NCBI RefSeq assembly: GCF_009834535.1
Contig: NC_045696.1
Span: 39,186,001 to 39,250,000 of the forward strand
DNA: 64,000 bases
Direction: 5' to 3'
From: Camelus ferus
Lineage: Eukaryota
Shown in pieces: positions 24,500 through 38,280 of the stretch. The notes below the pieces were generated by a model that searched no databases, had not been told where the DNA came from, and saw nothing but the letters and a program-made list of their open reading frames with translations. Position 1 is the stretch's first letter, and each line of letters begins with the position of its first letter. A program made the translations under genes and the position numbers.

Positions 24500-26990
24500 G
24501 GATAAATTAGATCCTAGCTGGGATTGGTAGGAACTGATTGCTGATCTGAAATGTTCCTAAGTATGTTGTATGTCAAGTATCTCAAGACTGTTTACTGTAC
24601 AGCCTGTATTTTATGGAATGCAGCTGCACTAAAAGGTGGATGTGAGACAAACATGCTTCTAGGTGGTGGTGACAAGCAAGTTACTTAAGCTGAGAGACCC
24701 CAGACCCTCTCTGTACCTTCCCTGTACTGAGTGAGGTACTTAGGTCAGTTTGCAAAATGGGTTAGAAAACAAAGGCAAGTAGGGAAAATAGCTAGAAACA
24801 TTGCTTGTTTGCTATTAATAACATTGACAAAATGGGAATTCTATCAGGAGAATAGAAAGAGATTGACTGACTTAGGATAGCTGAGACAAATATGTAAAAT
24901 AGAAGATGGTGATATCAGCAAGAGAAATAAACTGATGACGGTGCTACATAAAAGTTGGTGGTGAATTATTACTGGCTAGGAGGTGGAAAACCCCTGGTAG
25001 TTTGGGCAACGGCACTTGCCTTGCTAAAAAGACCTCAACAAATTCGTTCTAATTACTCCTATTTGGGATCTGCCAAAAGGTATTGGGAAAATAAAGTGTG
25101 TGAGCAAGGTGCAGGGATACTCCATTTATTATAGCAAAAGAATAAGAGGGTTGAGATCTACTTGCAAAGTTTTAGCAGGGAAATCTAAAGATGTATGACT
25201 GGTATAAATTAAATGGCTTTATTAGGGTGGTAAAGAGAGTTTTCTGGGATTATCAAAAACAGAAACATAATACATGGTGACATGAGCTAAAGACAAAGAG
25301 GACAACATTAGAGGACCAATAACAAAACTCTGAAGATAATGTGATGCTATATAAGTAGGTACAAAAGTTACATTAAATTACAATTTGGAATATGTAAAGT
25401 AAGAAAAGCCTGTCGAAATGTCACCTACTTCTATCTGGGTGTTTTATTAGATTTGATATGTTGTGAGAATGGAGGGCTTTGCCATGGCTTGCTATTATCT
25501 ATCAGGTATTAGTCAAGTTGGCCTCCACTCGTTTCTACTTTGATATACAAGTGAGAAGCATTAGAATTGTGCAAACTCTTCTCTGGAGTGAATATTAAGA
25601 AATACTAAATCCTTAGAGGACAACATTAAATTTCCTCCTTAATTTGAGAGATGGTAGCAACAGGTGATGTTTATCCAAATTGACAAATTGTATAAAAGTT
25701 CTGTCTGGTCTCTAAGAAAAAAAATTTAGTTCATGGATATTAAACATGACCACTGAGGACCAAAGAAAATAGTTCTACTGACAGCCTCCTCTGTGCTCAG
25801 TATGGTGAAAACAATTTAAGAAGTATAGTGAGCTAAAGGTGGCTGGTACACTACTATAGATTTGGCTAATGATTTATGTTTTTATTCTAATTTCAGAAGA
25901 AAGCTGAACAACTTTCTTTCATTTGGCAAAGATTCCAATACATGTTTGAATAGTTAATCACTCTTGTGTAACCACCCACTTTGGTTAGAAAAGATACAGA
26001 TTTGATCCCTATAAAGAGGGCACTGGTTTATTATGTTGAATATACTATGATAATTTATCTTTCAGAGGAGGAAGACACCTAGGAATTAAGAACTGTGGTG
26101 ACATACATGATTAATCCAAAATGGCCAATCTATTCAGCTAAAATATAGGGTCTTGCCTGATACATAAAATATAGGGGAATAATTTGAACTGAGACCACAA
26201 AAGACATTCTACAAATAGTATGGAATAAATTACCATCTTTTCAGACTCTCTAGGATTAGAAGAGGGCTATATGCATGTTGGAGAGTATATTTACTACATT
26301 TGAACATTTTATTAAGCCCTTCATTGAGTTACTCAAAAGAAATCTGAACTTTAATGGAGTTGAGAAAAAGTTTTTAGAGACTTATAAGCTGTACTCAAGC
26401 AGTCTCTTTGGAACTGTATCGTCCTAAATCACAAATGATTTCAAATGTGTCTACTATGCTGTTGCAGGGATTGGAGTCTCTGGCAAACATTAACACAACC
26501 ACACAATGGTAACCATTTGGGATTTTAGACTTGTAAATTACTTGGTGTACAGCATGGAAGAACCCTTTGGAAAGCTAAATTCAGGTCTGTTATTAGGCTC
26601 TGGTGGAAACAGTTTATTCCAGGGAAATATAGCAGATAATTTAAAAACTTGAGATAACTATTGTGTATGACCAATGCCACAGAAATAGTCCCCTAAAAGA
26701 GAGAATACCACATAGCTCATGGGCTAAATGAAAAGAGGAATAGCCACTAGTGGTGACACTGGGGTAAGTATCTCTTATTTTTGTATTCTTGACTAAGTTA
26801 TAGCTCTGCCAGTGAGACTGAATTTAGGACACCCAAAGGAGATACAGCTCCTAGCTCCTAGTGCCAAATGGTCTGAACCTTATGATTCTTCCCCTGATAA
26901 AGCAAGCTACCTGGTTCATTAACAGAAGATGCAGAACTGAGATAAGATGCATTTTGGAAATCTGTAGCCATTTACCTTGCAGATCAAGGT
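24500..26990 (+). mobile_element. Highly decayed ERVL-like internal (gag/pol) sequence
   Basis: Remnants resembling KIQG..VKYRG, SLWQ and PFEK.L..CY.ALVET (26560-26610); boundaries uncertain. Confidence 0.5.
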
Positions 26991-27129
26991 TATGTATGGG
27001 ATGAGTTAAGAGTTGCTCATTTTATTTCACATAGATATCCAGTTTTTCCAGTCATATTTTTTTGAAAAGACTATCTCTTCCCCCACTGAATTATGCTGAA
27101 ACTCTCTGAAAAAATCAGCAGACCATATA

Positions 27130-27455
27130 TACCAGAGAGAGTTCTCCAGAGAAACAAAATCAATATATTTATTTTAAGGAATTGGCATGTGTGATTGTGG
27201 GAACTGGTAAGTCCGGAATCCAGGCAGGAAGGCTGGCAGGCTGGAAACTAAGGCAGTGTTTCTATATTACAATCTTAAGGCAAAATTTCTTCTCACGGAA
27301 ATCTCAGTTTTTGCTATTAAGGCCTTCAACTGATTGGCTGAGGCTCGCACATGTTGTTGAGAGTAATCTCCTTTTTGTAAAGTCAACTAATTGTAAATGT
27401 TGATTATGTGTATAAAATACTTTCATGGCAACGCCTAGGCTAGTGGTTAATCAGA
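27130..27455 (-). mobile_element. MLT2-like ERVL LTR
   Basis: GTTCTCCAGAGAAACA...ATTTATTTTAAGGAATTGGC...AAGGCCTTCAACTGATTGG. Confidence 0.7.
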
Positions 27456-29069
27456 CATTTCTGGGCTCACCTCACATGTTCTCTGGGGTCTCAGCAGTCC
27501 TGTGCTGCCTAATGTCTGCTGTTGGAAAAAACAGTTGTTTCATTTATTTCATATATTTTCTCCAGTTTTCCAGCTGTATACAGTGGAAGTGCAAGCCCCA
27601 CAGCAATTACTTTTTTATTGAGGGAAATGGAAATATAAAATACTCCTCTTTGTCATTTCATATCTCTAACTAAAATCTCCTAGTACTTCTTTTCTGGCTA
27701 CACAGTAGAGTCTATGTCACTTAGCATAGTGTGAAGATCCATAAAATAACCAAACAAATATTCTGTATTCTTGCATTAAATAGGTAACTTACTTATTTCT
27801 ATGATTTTGTTCCTATTGCTCCCTTCTTCAAGTGGAAAAACTTCTCCATCTTTACTAATTTCTAAATTGTTGCCATTACAATTCTAAGAGGTTGGATCAT
27901 CCCAAAAGTTATCAGTTGTCTCTTTGAGCTTTAATTTTTGATACTTAAGCCAACTTAATAGTTCATTCAATCATTCACACTTCTTTTTAAAAGAAAGCTT
28001 ATTAAACATCTAATAGATAAATTTAGGGGCCATATTTGGAAACCGGCTATCACATTCCATTTCCTTCGATGGTTATTCTTTTCAAAGAATTCATAGTTTA
28101 GCAAAGGAAATAGGTTGGTAAAAATGTTGACTGTAACAGAGAATGAAAGTGTTATAAAAGAAGTAAGTACAAGGTACGGAGCTGGTGGATGGGATATTGC
28201 TCAATTCTATTTTATAGTAATAACGGAGGAGAATCAAAGATAACTTTCTAGAAGATGGCACTGATGCCAGATTAGAAACATAACAGTGTTAACAGGAGTT
28301 ACAAGGCACTATTCCAGAACGAGAGAGCAAAACACATAAAAATACTGCTCTAAGTTATTAGGTGATTGGGGATAAGCGTATCACAGCTGAAACTGGAGGT
28401 GTAGGCAGGGATTAGACAATGGAAAACCACTTACGTCATGCTAGTAAGTCGGGCTTTATTAGATAAATGAGTACCAATGAAAGGTAATGAGCAAGATTGA
28501 AAAATAGATTTTGAAGGTTCAATTCTTGTGAAAGTATGAAAAATAGATTAAAAACAAAGAAAGACTGGAGAGAGAAAATAAGGTTATAATAACAAATAAT
28601 TGAAAATTCCATTCCCTGAATTTCTGGAAACATTATTGCACTGAACATGGCTGGATATATGTTACCACTGAAAAAATCCGATGCCAACCTATTTTCCTTT
28701 CCTTTCTTTTTACTACCATGTGGAAGCCCATGGTATTTTCTTTATTTAAAATTTAATAGTTTTAATGTAACATGTCTCAAGTTGATTATTTCCCTTAATT
28801 TTTAAAAGTTTATAATGGACCTAATATATAGGTTCATATATTTTTATTTTTGGAAAGTTTTGTCAGATTATTATTTTCATAATTCTATTTAAATGATTTT
28901 TCTTCTTCAGGAGTTCATTATATATATGTTGGATTTTATTTGCGTATCAGTTATATCAATTTTTTTCTCTATTTTTACCTCTTAACTTTCATTTTTCTCA
29001 CTTGGTTGTTTTCATGACTTTTCTTTTTTTTTTTTTTTTTCATGACTTTTCTTAATGTTTCTATTATTT

Positions 29070-29545
29070 ACTTATGCATAAAAGTGACAAAATTTAGCGA
29101 CCTGCCAATAGTCTAATTACTATCTCTCACAATTCAGTGGTTTGGCCAGGCTCAAATGGGCGATAATTTTGCTCCATGTACTGTCAGCTGGTCTGCAGGC
29201 AACTGCAGACACGATTAGTCTGGATTCTCCAATATGACTCATTTACAAATCCGGTCCATTAGTGAAGACGACTGGAATACTGGGTTCAGCTGAGATGCTA
29301 GAGTCTTTGGGCCTATCTTATTCCCTATGTGATTTCAGGTATTATCTCTCTCTGTGTGATCTCTCTGGGTCCAAAAGTGGAAGTAACTTCTTATGCCTGA
29401 CCTAGTACAGCAATAGTTTTGCCACAGTCTATTATTTAAAGTCCTTGGGCCAGCCCAGATTCAGTGTAGGTGGGGACTACACAAGAGCAGGAATACCAGG
29501 AGATGCGGTTCATTAGGGGCCGTCTTTGGGAACTGGCTATCTCAT
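29070..29545 (-). mobile_element. MLT1-type MaLR LTR
   Basis: GGCCAGCCCAGATTCA...GGGACTACACAAG...GAATACCAGGAG...CATTAGGGGCC. Confidence 0.6.
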
Positions 29546-32500
29546 TCAATTTCCTTCAATATATTTTCAATAAAGTATATTTTTCTTTCACACCTTATAG
29601 TTAAATCTATTTCTAAGAATATTTTGTCTTTGATTCTTTCCCGAGTCTGGTCAACTGTTACCTCACACCTTAATTTTAGCCCTTATCTGTTCTTAGTTTT
29701 AGAAGTTTTGATTTTTTAAAATATATATGTGCTTATTTAAGAATGTTTATTTGAGTTGATGTCCTATGATACTATGTCACAATTATGTCCTGCTCTATGA
29801 ATGTTTTTAGGGGAAAAAAAGTAGAAATGCATTGGTTTTAGTTTTGTTTTATTCTTATAATAGCTTACTAAGGATATTTGCAATTGCTTTCTGGTCATTT
29901 GAAATGTCCAATCTTCTAGGACTGTCAATTCAGTTATAGATAAACAGGTAGCAGTATAGATAGTTTACTAGGCTTTTTTTTTTTTTTTTTTTTTTAGTTC
30001 ACCATGTCCTTCTGTTGGCCTATAGTGAAATGAAAGTTTCAGATTTCTAGAACCTTCCACGGAGGAGAGTTTGAAGTGTCCCCTGATTTTGTGATTCTCT
30101 TTTGTTTCTTTAGGACTCTAATTTCCTTTTTTCTCTTTACTACCAAGCTAGTTAGAGGTTCGTCTGTCTTCCATGTCCCTCCTTCCACAGAGGTGATGCT
30201 TTCACTGAGACTGCTTATTTCACTCCCGCATCCTTCCAGGTGTCTTCCTTTCAATACTTCATAGCCTTTGCTCTTACCTACCAAGTTTCAGGCTGGTCCT
30301 CGATATTTTCTCCACTGAGGATGGAACCTCCTATATCTGGGATTGATTTTATCTGTGTTCTGCTGCTCTGAGGCCTCAGTTCTTCTCTCTCTCTCTCTTT
30401 TCTGTAGAGTCTTCATCATCTTTTTAGTCTGGTCCAGTGTCTAGAGTGAGTGCTTGGGTATAATTTACTGCTTACCTGTAAATTAAATTTCATAGTATTC
30501 TCTGTTTCCTAGTTATACTGAAGGTGTGTTTTATGAATGTTTTTGTTCTCCTTGCTCATCTGTAGTTTCTCTTTTTTCTTTTTCTTTTTGACTTGAGAAT
30601 GTGTGGAGAGATTTGGACTTTTCCTAGTTTACATTGTCTTACAGAAAACATATGGATAAAAAGGATTAAATTAACTTTTATGAGCCAACATTAATTACTT
30701 TTGTAAGACACAGGGTACAGATAAAAAAAATCAACTGAATCTATTGTATACATTTTTCAAAAATTCTCTGGATGAGGCAAGTATAGTATGGAGTGAGTCA
30801 TAGCCATTTTAAGGCCTCAAGATAGAAACCACTATAGTCTTCTGAAAGATAATGACGGTTGGGACATTTTGACCTTCACAGATCTTCATATTTTAATATA
30901 TATTCTTTACAGCAATAAAAGGACCCCTCTGCATGCTTGATTATCTGAACAGAAATGACGTTAAGCCGTGGGTTTATTATTTCTCACGTCTGTGTCAACT
31001 ATGATGTTCCATTCACAAGGGCCATGGCCAGGCCATTTTACATTTACTTGATACTTTATAAAACTTTTCTCTGATCAGTGGGAGCTGGATTAAGAAGATG
31101 TTGAAACTGTGTTGCTGTTTTGATAGAATTCTGTACACTTGTAGACTATTTCTGAATCTATCTTTAAAAGCCACAGTAATCATACACATGCAGTGTTATG
31201 TTAAATATCTCAGGCACTGTTAACTAAGAAGCAGAGAACTAAATCGATATGGTGATCATGCTCTTTTTGGAGTGAGTAACGGCAGATAAACAGAACTTTG
31301 TGTCAGTATGACATTAAAGTTCAAGCTAAGGCCAAATAAGTCAAACATGCTAATCTTATCTATAACCGTAAAATGGGAATCTTCAAACAATATAATACTT
31401 GGATTCTGCAGCAAGGTTGATCCATACCACCTATAAGATCTATAAATATTTATTCACACTAAACAACACATAGGGGTTCACTAACCTGCCAGCATTTTTG
31501 TGTTGGTTACCACTTTGCAACCACAGAAGACTGGTCACCATGAAAGAATAAACAACCACTGCTCCTATTTAGGATAACCTGAAGAGGGCATTAAACAAAG
31601 TCAGGGAGGACAGATGAAAAACTTGAAAATTTGCAAATGTAAATACTTCTTTAGGACAAATGAACCACTACCAGATTTCAGAGTTACCTGTTTAGTTGTT
31701 AATACTGTACGTAGTCTTATTTTTGTTAAGGAATTCTTGAAGTATTGAAGACTAAAAATTATCATGTTCCCAATAAAGGGAATCAAAGTAAACTGGGGAT
31801 AAAGAAGATAAAACTTTGCCTCCTAGTTTAGTGGGATATAAATGTAGAGTTTCAAGCCTGTTTTAAAATAGCTCAGAGAGTTTTGCAGCACATCTTCTGG
31901 GATAGTTTGCTCTCCTTTTAAGAGGCAGCCTTAGATCAATATCCAAGGTGGGTAATTAAGTGAGAAGAAACTGGGCCAGGAAGAATCTCTTGATATGCAA
32001 CTGAGGAGATGCTGGCACAGGGGAACTCTCCTTTCAATATAAACTCATTTAGGACTTTCAGAAAGCAAGGATGAAGCCAACTATGATTACTGAAATACAG
32101 ACTATATCAAGTCCTGTGTTATGCCAGACTTGAGAGTAATCATCTTTGCTCCTATGGGAGGAAAAAAAAATTTTAACAAGATGCCATGAGAATGGTAATT
32201 ATTTGAGATAATGAGAAATTGCCCAAGGGAAATTAGCAAAAGTTTGGTTTGGTGACAAGAAATTAGATAACAGTTTCACTAAGTAACTTTTCAATTCTCA
32301 TATGAGGAGCAAGCAATGGGCATTATTAGTAGATATTTCCATCATTCCCTAAAACATCTCTAAATGAGTGCTGGGGTGATAATGAGAGACTTTAAGTCAA
32401 ACTCAAATTATATAGGGTATTGGTTAATTCAATCCTTGTTAATCCTGATTCAAATCAGGTCCTTGTCAGCTGGGAATTCTCACTTGCCTCTTCTTTTCTG

Positions 32501-32714
32501 AGCTCCTTCAACGTCAAGATCCCTGACTCTTTACAATGCAATTATGGGATGAATTGGTGGCAAGAGCTGACTGGTTCCCTGAAACACATTTGGAAGCAAC
32601 CAGTTCCCAACCTGTAATATGTATATACTACTTAACTCTTATTATTGACTGCAGAAACTTTCTCAATCCTTTGAGTCACCAGTGTTACTTCCTTTAAAGT
32701 TTCAAAAATAAATC

Positions 32715-34334
32715 TCTTCACGGAACCACAAAAAACCCCAAATAACCAAAGTAATCTTGAGAAAAAAGAACAAAGCAAGAGTAATTGTCCCTGACTTGAC
32801 TATACTACAATACTACAGTAATCAAAACTGCATGGTACTATCACAAAAACAGACACATAGACCAATGGAGCAGAATAGAAAGTCCAGAAATAAACACATG
32901 CACTTATGGCCAATCAATCTATGACAAAGGAGGCAAGCTTACACAATGGAGAAAAGAGTCTCTTCAATAAGTGGTGCTGGGAATACTAGACAGCTATATG
33001 CAAAAGAATGAAATTAGAACATTTTCTCACACCATATACAAAAATAAACTCAAAATTAATTATAGGCCTAAATGTAAGACCAGAAATCATAAAACTCCTA
33101 GAAGAACACATAGGCAGAACACTCTTTAACATAAATTGTACCGATAATTTTTTGAATCTATCTCCTAACTTAAAGAAAACAAAACTAAAAATATGCAAAT
33201 GGGATGTAATTAAACTTAAAAGCTTTTGCACAACAAAGGAAACCATCAAAAAAATGAAAAGATAACCTAGTGAATGGGAGAAAATATTTGCGAATGGGAG
33301 AAAATAATTGCAAATAATGTAAGTGATTATAAGGGGTTAATACCCCAAATACATAAACAGCTCATAAAACTTAATATAAAAAACAAACCACCCAATGAAA
33401 AATGGGCAGAAGACCTGAATAAACATTTTTCCAAAGAAGAAACACAGATGGCCAACAGGCACATGAAAACATGCTTAACATTGATAATCATCAGAGAAAT
33501 ATAAATCAACAGCACAATCACCTCATGCCTGTCAGAATGGCTATCATCAAAAAGACTACAAATAACAAATGCTGGAGTGGATGTGGAGAAAGGGAACGCT
33601 AGTACACTGTTGGTGGGACTGTAAATTGGTGCAGTCATTATGGGAAACAGTATGGAGGTTCCTCAAAAAACTGAAAATAGAACTCCCATATGATACAGAA
33701 ATTCCACTCCTGGGTATAAAGCTGAAGAAAATTGAAATGCTAATTCAAAGTGATAGATACATGCACCCCAATATTCATAGCAGCATTATTTGTAACAGCT
33801 AAGATATGGAAGCAACCTCAATAATCAACAGATGAACGGATAAAGAAGGATATATAGATATATACAGATATAGATATATACACACACAATGGACTACTAC
33901 TCAGCCATAAAAAAGAATAAAAATTTTGCCATTTGCAACAACACAATGGACCTAGAGAATATTACACTTAGTGAAATTAGCCTGACAGAGAAATACAAAG
34001 GCTGTACATTATTACTTATATGTAGAATCTAAAAACTGAAACAAATGAATATAACAAAACAGAACAGACTCATAGATATAGAGAACAAACTAGTGGTTAC
34101 CAGTGGGGAGAGGGAAGGGGGTAAGGGCAAGATAGGGTTGGGGATTAAGTTGTACCAACTACTATATCTAAAATAAATAAGCTACAAGGATGTAATGCAC
34201 TACACAGGGAATATAGCCAATATTTTATAATAAATTTAAATGGAGTATGACCTATAAAAGTATTGAATCGCTACACTGTATATCTGAAATTTATATTAAT
34301 ATTGTAAATCAACTATACTTCAATTTAAAAAAAA
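32715..34334 (+). mobile_element. 5'-truncated LINE-1 (ORF2 C-terminus, 3' UTR, A tail)
   Basis: [41 protein letters not shown]-rich end. Confidence 0.92.
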
Positions 34335-34339
34335 CACCA

Positions 34340-36780
34340 TATGGTAACTGAAGATAACCAGAAATGGTAATTTAAAAGGTTAATGTAACAAATTCTATAA
34401 ATATGTATCTTTCTTTCCTTTTTATCCTTCAGCTCATTTAAGAGCCATAAGACTATACTAAGCAACCATTGTAACAATTGTCCTGTAAGGTATATAGATG
34501 TAATAGTACAGGTCTTATTTTCCTAGTGTTAAATTAATATAAGTCTGAAGTAGACTATAATAAGAGAAGATGTATATTATAAGTCCTAGGACAAGCAGTG
34601 AGAAAAAAACTCAAGATATATTTTAAAACTATTAAAGGTATAGTAACAGTCTAGAATATACCTAAAAAGTAACAAAGGAGGAATATAGAGAAAATATAAC
34701 ATAAGACATATAGAAAACAAAAATCAAATGGCAGAAGTAAATCCAACTATATTAATAATAACATTAAATGTGAATGAACTAAGCAGTCCAATAGAAAGGC
34801 AAAAATTGTCAGACATAATAAAAAATATACAACCACACACTGTCTAGAGAAGATACACTTTAGATTCAAAGATACAACTGGCTTTCATTCTTCTAAATAG
34901 AAAATCTTATACCATACATACAGCAACAAGAAAGCTGTGGTGGCTATACTAATATCAGAAAAACAGATTTCAAGACAAAAGGCAAATTAAAAAATATTTG
35001 AGATGCATGTAAACAAAAACAAAACACATCAAAACTATGAAAGGTAGCTAAAGCAGTACTTAAAGGGATTTTATAGCTGTAAAAGAGAAAAAAAGATCTT
35101 AAATAAACAGTCTAAATTTCCATCTTTGGAAATCAGAAAAAGAGTAACAAGCTAATTTCAAAGTAAGCGTAAGGAGAGAAATAATAGAGAGAAAAACATT
35201 AATGAAACAGAAAATAGAAAAGCAATAGAGAAGATAAGCAAAACCAAAAGTTGATTCTTTGAAAAAAAAAATTAACATTCCTTTAGCAAGACTAACCAAG
35301 ACTAAAACAGAGAAGACTTCAATAACTAAAACCAAGAATCAAGGAGGGGACATCACTATTGACCATACAGAAAAAGAATTATAGGGGAATACTATGAACA
35401 CTGCTATGCCAATAAATTAGATAGAAGAAACTGATTAATTTCTAGGGAGCAACAAACTACCAAACTAAGTCCAGAAAATCTGAATAAACCTACAATAAGA
35501 GAATAATAAATCAGTAACTTTAAAACTTTCCACAAAGAAAAGCCCAGTCTCAGATGGCTTCATGGGTGAATTTTACCATACAATTAAAGACAAATTAATA
35601 CTAATTTTTTATAAACTCTTCTAAAAATAGAAGAGGAGGGAACATCTCCTAACTCATTCTATAGGGCCAGTGCTATAGACTGAATGTTCATGTCTTCCAA
35701 TATTCATACTTGAAATCTAATTCCCAAGGTGATGGAATTTAGAGGTGGGGTTTTGGGGAGGTAATTAGAATTTTATAAGGTGATGAGGTTAGAGTCCTCA
35801 TGAATGTGATTAGTACCCTCCCAAGAGTCACAACAGAGCTTGTTTCCTCTCTCTGCTCTCTACCATGTGAGAATGTAACTGGAAATTGACAGAACTCAAC
35901 CATGCAGTAACCCCGATCTTAGACTTCTCAGAAATGTGAGAAAAAATTTCTGTTGTTTATAGTCCACCCAGTCTGGTATTCTATAATGGCAGCCCAAACA
36001 AACCATGACAACAAGTATTATCCTGATAACAAAAAGCAAAGACACCACAAGAAAAGAAAACTAAAAAATATACCTTATGATTTTGAAATAAGGCAAGCCA
36101 AAGAAATAAAAATCATCCAGACTGGAAAGAAAGAAATAAAACTATATTTACAGATAATATGATATTTTATATAGAAAATCCTAAGGTATCTACTAAAGAA
36201 CAAATAGAACTTATAAACAAATTTAGCACTGTTGCAGGATACAAGATCAATACACATATCAACTATATTTCTATGCACTAGCAATTAGCAATTAAAAAAT
36301 TTCTTAGAAATTAAGAAAAGTTATATTCAATAGCACCAAAATAAATTAAAATGTATGTCCAAATAAACAAAAAAACCCTTATACATGAATGTTTATAGTA
36401 GCATTATTCATAACAGCAGGACAGTGGAAACAACCTATGTCCATCAACTGATGAACAGATAAACAAATGCGTTATAGCCATACAATGGAATATTACTCAG
36501 CAATGTAAAGGGATGAAGTGCTGTTACTTGCTACAATATAAATGAACATTAAAAACATTATGTTAATGAAAGAAGTCATTAAAACTACATAGTATATGAT
36601 ACCATTTGTGTGAAATATCCAGAATAGGCAAATCTATAGAGAAAGAAAGTGATTAGTGGCTTCCCATGACGGAGGGAGGGAAAAATGTGTGACTGTTTTT
36701 AGTCATGTTCTGAAGTTAGACTGTGGTGATGGTTGCCCAACTCTATAAATATATTAACACTGTTGAATTGTATACTTAAG
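34340..36780 (+). mobile_element. Older, internally deleted LINE-1 (L1M-type)
   Basis: Degenerate ORF2 pieces (endonuclease start, GATGGCTTCATGGGTGAATT, CAGATAATATGAT) and 3' UTR. Confidence 0.7.
35671..36010 (+). mobile_element. MaLR LTR (MST/MLT1A-like) nested in the L1
   Basis: TGCTATAGACTGAATG...TGGCAGCCCAAACAAACCATGACA; L1 sequence resumes on both sides. Confidence 0.75.
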
Positions 36781-36989
36781 AAATCACACCTGTCTCGTTC
36801 TTTGGATTACAATTTGATAGAGTACTTGGAAGTACATTGTTAAGTATAGCTCAGTATATAAATACAGGTTTACCCATTCCATTTCTTAAAGTAGCTAGGG
36901 TTGCCACAACCAATACATCTACTCAATGTAAATGAAAAAATAAAACTGTATGTAGTTAAATATTGTATCTGTATTATGATATAGGATAA

Positions 36990-37865
36990 AGGATAACCGG
37001 CTTAAAATATTTGGTCTTTGGTTTAAGTGCAATGGAAAAAAATTTACAAGTTTTAAGTGGAGATGGGATGGGTGGATATATTAGTTTACTGTGGCTGCCA
37101 TAATTAGTATCACAGACTAGATGGTTAAAACAACAGAAATTTATCTTTTCACAGTTCTAGAAGCTGGAGGTCCAAGATCAAGGTGTTGACTATGATTCAG
37201 TGATTTCTGCTGAGGCTTTTCTCCTTGGCTTGCCAATGACTGACATTTCACTGTCCTCACGAGGTCTTTCCTTTGTGTGTGGGCATAGCTAGTAACTGTG
37301 TCTTCATATGTCCTCTTCTTATAAAGACACCAGTCAGATTGGATTAGGATCCACCTAATGGCCTTATGGTGCTTATGGCGCTTACTTATGTTTTTTAGGG
37401 GACAGAATTCATTCAGGCCATGACAGTGGTAGGAATGGAGCATGGGTAGTGATGTAAGTTTTACATTTCATAAGATTGGTCTTGGGACAGTGTGGAGAAT
37501 GAATTGGATGAGTGTATTTGTGGATGCAGATGGGTTAGTTAGGAGGTTATTCTTGCAAGAGGTGAATGTAGCTACAGACAACATGAGAAGTGGATGAATA
37601 TGAGAGACTTTAGGAGATGAAATTTACAACTTGGCAAAGGCTAATGCGTCGAATCAAAGGGGGAGTTCAGTGTCAAGAACTTCTCTATTTTATGATTTGC
37701 ATGACTAATTGTTTAGTGGTGTTACTCCTTGAGATGGAGAACATTGGAGGGTAATTATGTCTGGGTGTCAGGTTACAGAAGATCCTAACCTCAAATTTGG
37801 ACATGTTGACTCTAAGTTACCTTTGATACTTTCAAAGGAACATGCAGAGTAGGTATTTGGATGAT
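36990..37865 (-). mobile_element. L2 fragment interrupted by an antisense MLT1 LTR (about 37075-37425)
   Basis: L2 motif TTTGGACATGTTGA; MLT1 motif CAACAGAAATTTAT...CACAGTTCTAGAAGCTGGAGGTCCAAGATCAAGG. Confidence 0.65.
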
Positions 37866-37969
37866 GGTATCATTAAAAGAAAAAAGAAAGGGAAAACACA
37901 TATTTCCTAAGGCCTGTTCATTGATTATCTGTATAGATGTTCCACAGTAATCCCTCTCGATTATAAATA

Positions 37970-38280
37970 GTTTTTGATTGTTACAACAGGTTGTGAGGGT
38001 GCACTAATAATTAACTCACAATGCCCAGTAGAATGAATTTGACTTTACCTACAGGGAATCCTTTGGAAGTGTAGATGGAATATCTTTCTTTTGTTTTTTT
38101 TAAAGAACAAGTTTGGAAATAGAAGTAATAAATATTATCTCCATTCACTTTGGAGTTGCTGATGATAATCAGTGTGCCAGTAATCACTGCCTCATTTCTA
38201 CATTTTCTACCTGACTTTAGGAAACTATCACTTGCCAATTTCCCAGTGTTTTGCAGGATCCCAGGGAGAGTGCAGTGATT
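37970..38280 (+). promoter_or_regulatory. Putative promoter and first exon of OR gene 3
   Basis: TAATAATTAA, TGCCCAGTAG (38022), CCTACAGGGA; alignable to 17640-17940. Confidence 0.6.
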
